From assembly GCA_965112735.1 (NCBI GenBank), contig OZ218955.1, forward strand, positions 310,001 to 374,000: 64,000 nucleotides of DNA. Direction: 5' to 3'. Numbering within the stretch: position 1 is the stretch's first letter; every line of letters starts with the position of its first letter. Positions 61,913-64,000 of the stretch are shown here, one piece after another. A program made the translations under genes and the position numbers. The DNA comes from Phaeosaccion multiseriatum (lineage: Eukaryota > Protista > Ochrophyta, other classes). The notes beneath the pieces were generated by a model. It was not told the DNA's origin. It did not search any database and saw nothing but the letters and a program-made list of their open reading frames with translations.

Positions 61913-62495
61913 AGAGAAGTGAGATCGGGCTGAGGATCGGAATGAAGAAGAAGACGCACCGGTGGAGGATGGCATCCTACAGCTGCTCCTGCTTCTCCTG
62001 TGACATTGGCACGTGAGATAAACTACAGCACAGATGGACAGACTCACACATTCACAGCAAGGGGGAAGTATGCTGCGCTTCCAAGTAAACAACCGTCTAG
62101 TTTTTCAATTCAATGGAAGGGAATTAATCGAGGGCAATGGTACCCAGAGGGTGTGAGTCTCCTCGGCAGGGAAGCTTCGCCAGGGCCCCTGTATAATGAT
62201 GTTCTCTCCCCCTCGCCCTGCGACCCCCCCCCTCCACCCTCGCCCTCCTCCAACCCTCTCCCCCCTCTCCCTTCTCCTCCACTCGGGAAATCCACCTCCC
62301 CCCTCCTCCTCTTCCTACCGCTCCTCATGTTCCTCCTCCTCCTCCTCCTCCTCCTCCTCCTCCTCCTCCTCCCCCTGCTCCTCCTCCTCCTCCTCCTCCT
62401 CCTGCTCCTCCTCCTGCTGCTGCTGCTGCTCTCCCTCCCCATCCACTGCCATCCTCCTCCTCCCCGGTCTCCCGCCCTCCACAGCCCCGCCCAAA

Positions 62496-64000
62496 CTACC
62501 CCCCCCCCGCGGTGACGGCGTTGAGATCTGCGGCCTTGACGGTCATCAAGCGCGTCGCTCCCTTCGCTACAAAGTCCATCTCGAACGGTTTCTCCTCCCC
62601 CGTAATGGCCCACTGCGCAATCACGCTCTTGGGCCCGAGCTTGGGTACAATCTCCCCCGCCACAACAATGTACATTCGGTCTGGAGTCTCCCCCGACCGG
62701 CCCAAGAAGGCCCCATCCTCCAGCTTGACCTCCTCCATTCGATCGGCAAGGTCTCCCATCTCAAGCGGGGTGAGTGCTTTGGTCTCCGGGGTGTGCCGAA
62801 GCGCTTTGAGCACCACCTCTCTGAGGATGCCCATGGCGATACAATGCCGGAAGGAGGAGCGATCGAGTGTCCAAAGGAAGCCCGTGGAGGTGCACTTGAT
62901 CGTCGCTGTCCGGGGCTCTCCGTACATCAGGGCGAGCTCTCCGAAACAGGACCCACTGGCGCTTATATCACCAACGCGCTTATCTTTCCCCTTGGCATCT
63001 GCCACGGACACCACGTACCCGCCTGCACCCACCATGTAAAACTTGTCTCCATCATCCTTCTCTTTGATAACGATGTCCCCCGGCTCCACCTCCTCCTTAT
63101 TCATGGCGTGGATGATAAGGTCGAGCTGTGTCTCGCTCAGCTTGGCGAAGAGAGGGAGGGCCTTCAGGCACCGTGCCATCACCTCCTTCTCCTCCGCCGT
63201 CTTGACGCTCCCCATGGTGTTGGTGAGCGAAGCGGTGGCGTTGGCACCTCCTAGCTCCCCGTCCTGCTCATTGCCTAGCAGACGCCTCTGTGCGTCGTTG
63301 CCGAAGTGCCTTCGCACGGGGCGCATGCCGACCGTCTCAATGCCCTCCGGACTGACCATACTGATCTTCTTGCTTATTCTCCTCGTATGGGCCGACGCCG
63401 CAGATTCTTCCCCGCTGCCGGTCTTTCCTCCTTCGCCGCCTGCTTCGGCTCCTCTTCCTTCTCCTTCTCCTCCTCGTGGTCCTTCCGTAAAGTTCTCTAC
63501 GAAAAGAATGATGATTGTGATGTCGTCTGTGCGGGTCTCGTACTGCAGCCACAAGCGAAAGCTCTCCTGCACCACGTGTCGAGCGGCTTCCAGAGGGTCC
63601 TCATATCTATCGCACACGCGCACACGCATACACACACACAAAGAAGAAGAAGAAGAAAAGAGAGGGGGAGGGGGGGGGGAGTTCATGTTAAGGTGGGAGA
63701 CAGCACAGGACAAGAGTGGCACGAAGAGGTCGAGAGCCCAGAGCCTAGAGCCCACTCGTCCATGGGAAGGGACCAGCGCGAGAGACCCAAGTCTGGCGCT
63801 CCTCCCTCCCTCCCTCCCTCCCTCCCTTCCTCCCTCTTTGTCTCCAATTCACTCACCTGTCGATGACCTCCATGACCTGCTTGGACGTCATAAACTCCCA
63901 CACGCCATCCGAGGCCACCACGATGAACCTGTCGTCCTTGGTTAGCCTACGACACACCTGCTCTGGATCGGGGCAGACCCCCACCGACTTTGCCACATTA
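62496..64000 (-). CDS. PP2C (PPM) phosphatase with two C-terminal cyclic-nucleotide-binding domains, 5' part outside the window
   Basis: Exon >64000-63857 reads VAKSVGVCPDPE...FIVVASDGVWEFMTS. Exon 63606-62496 reads FRLWLQYETRTDDITIIILF, then LPLFAKL...GDIVIKEKDDGDKFYMV...FGELALMYGEPRTATI...LWTLDRSSFR, then a second degenerate cNMP domain. The exact stop lies beside a G10 run and is uncertain. Confidence 0.9.

Overview
This is eukaryotic nuclear DNA: GC-rich, dense in GT-AG spliceosomal introns and saturated with simple repeats. It is most likely from a photosynthetic stramenopile (ochrophyte). Two proteins carry bipartite plastid presequences (signal peptide followed by Phe), and IFT46 implies a flagellate stage. 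The (GGGA)n/(GAGT)n intron style is reminiscent of eustigmatophytes, which is inference only. Eight protein genes can be assembled by hand: (1) a giant 37-exon, ~10,070-aa HECT E3 ubiquitin ligase (405-40071, +) with three SPRY, one NPCBM/NEW2, one LamG, six or seven F5/8-type-C (discoidin/DOC-like), CUB-like and four UBA domains; (2) a signal-peptide-bearing SAM-dependent methyltransferase; (3) a two-PARP-zinc-finger protein; (4) a plastid-targeted TalB-type transaldolase homologue carrying the active-site residues of fructose-6-phosphate aldolase; (5) phytoene desaturase; (6) IFT46; (7) an ankyrin-like repeat protein; (8) the 3' part of a PP2C plus cNMP-binding protein. The most unusual unexplained signal is a set of short dispersed DNA words. 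The clearest is CAGTTGGTGATACAG / CTGTATCACCAACTG, whose 10-bp core occurs ~25 times on both strands, almost all inside exons of four different genes and in four reading frames. A second word, GATGGCAGTGGATGG, is oriented relative to exon boundaries. No rRNA, tRNA, CRISPR or intact mobile element was recognised. All exon coordinates and counts are manual and need RNA-seq or computational confirmation.
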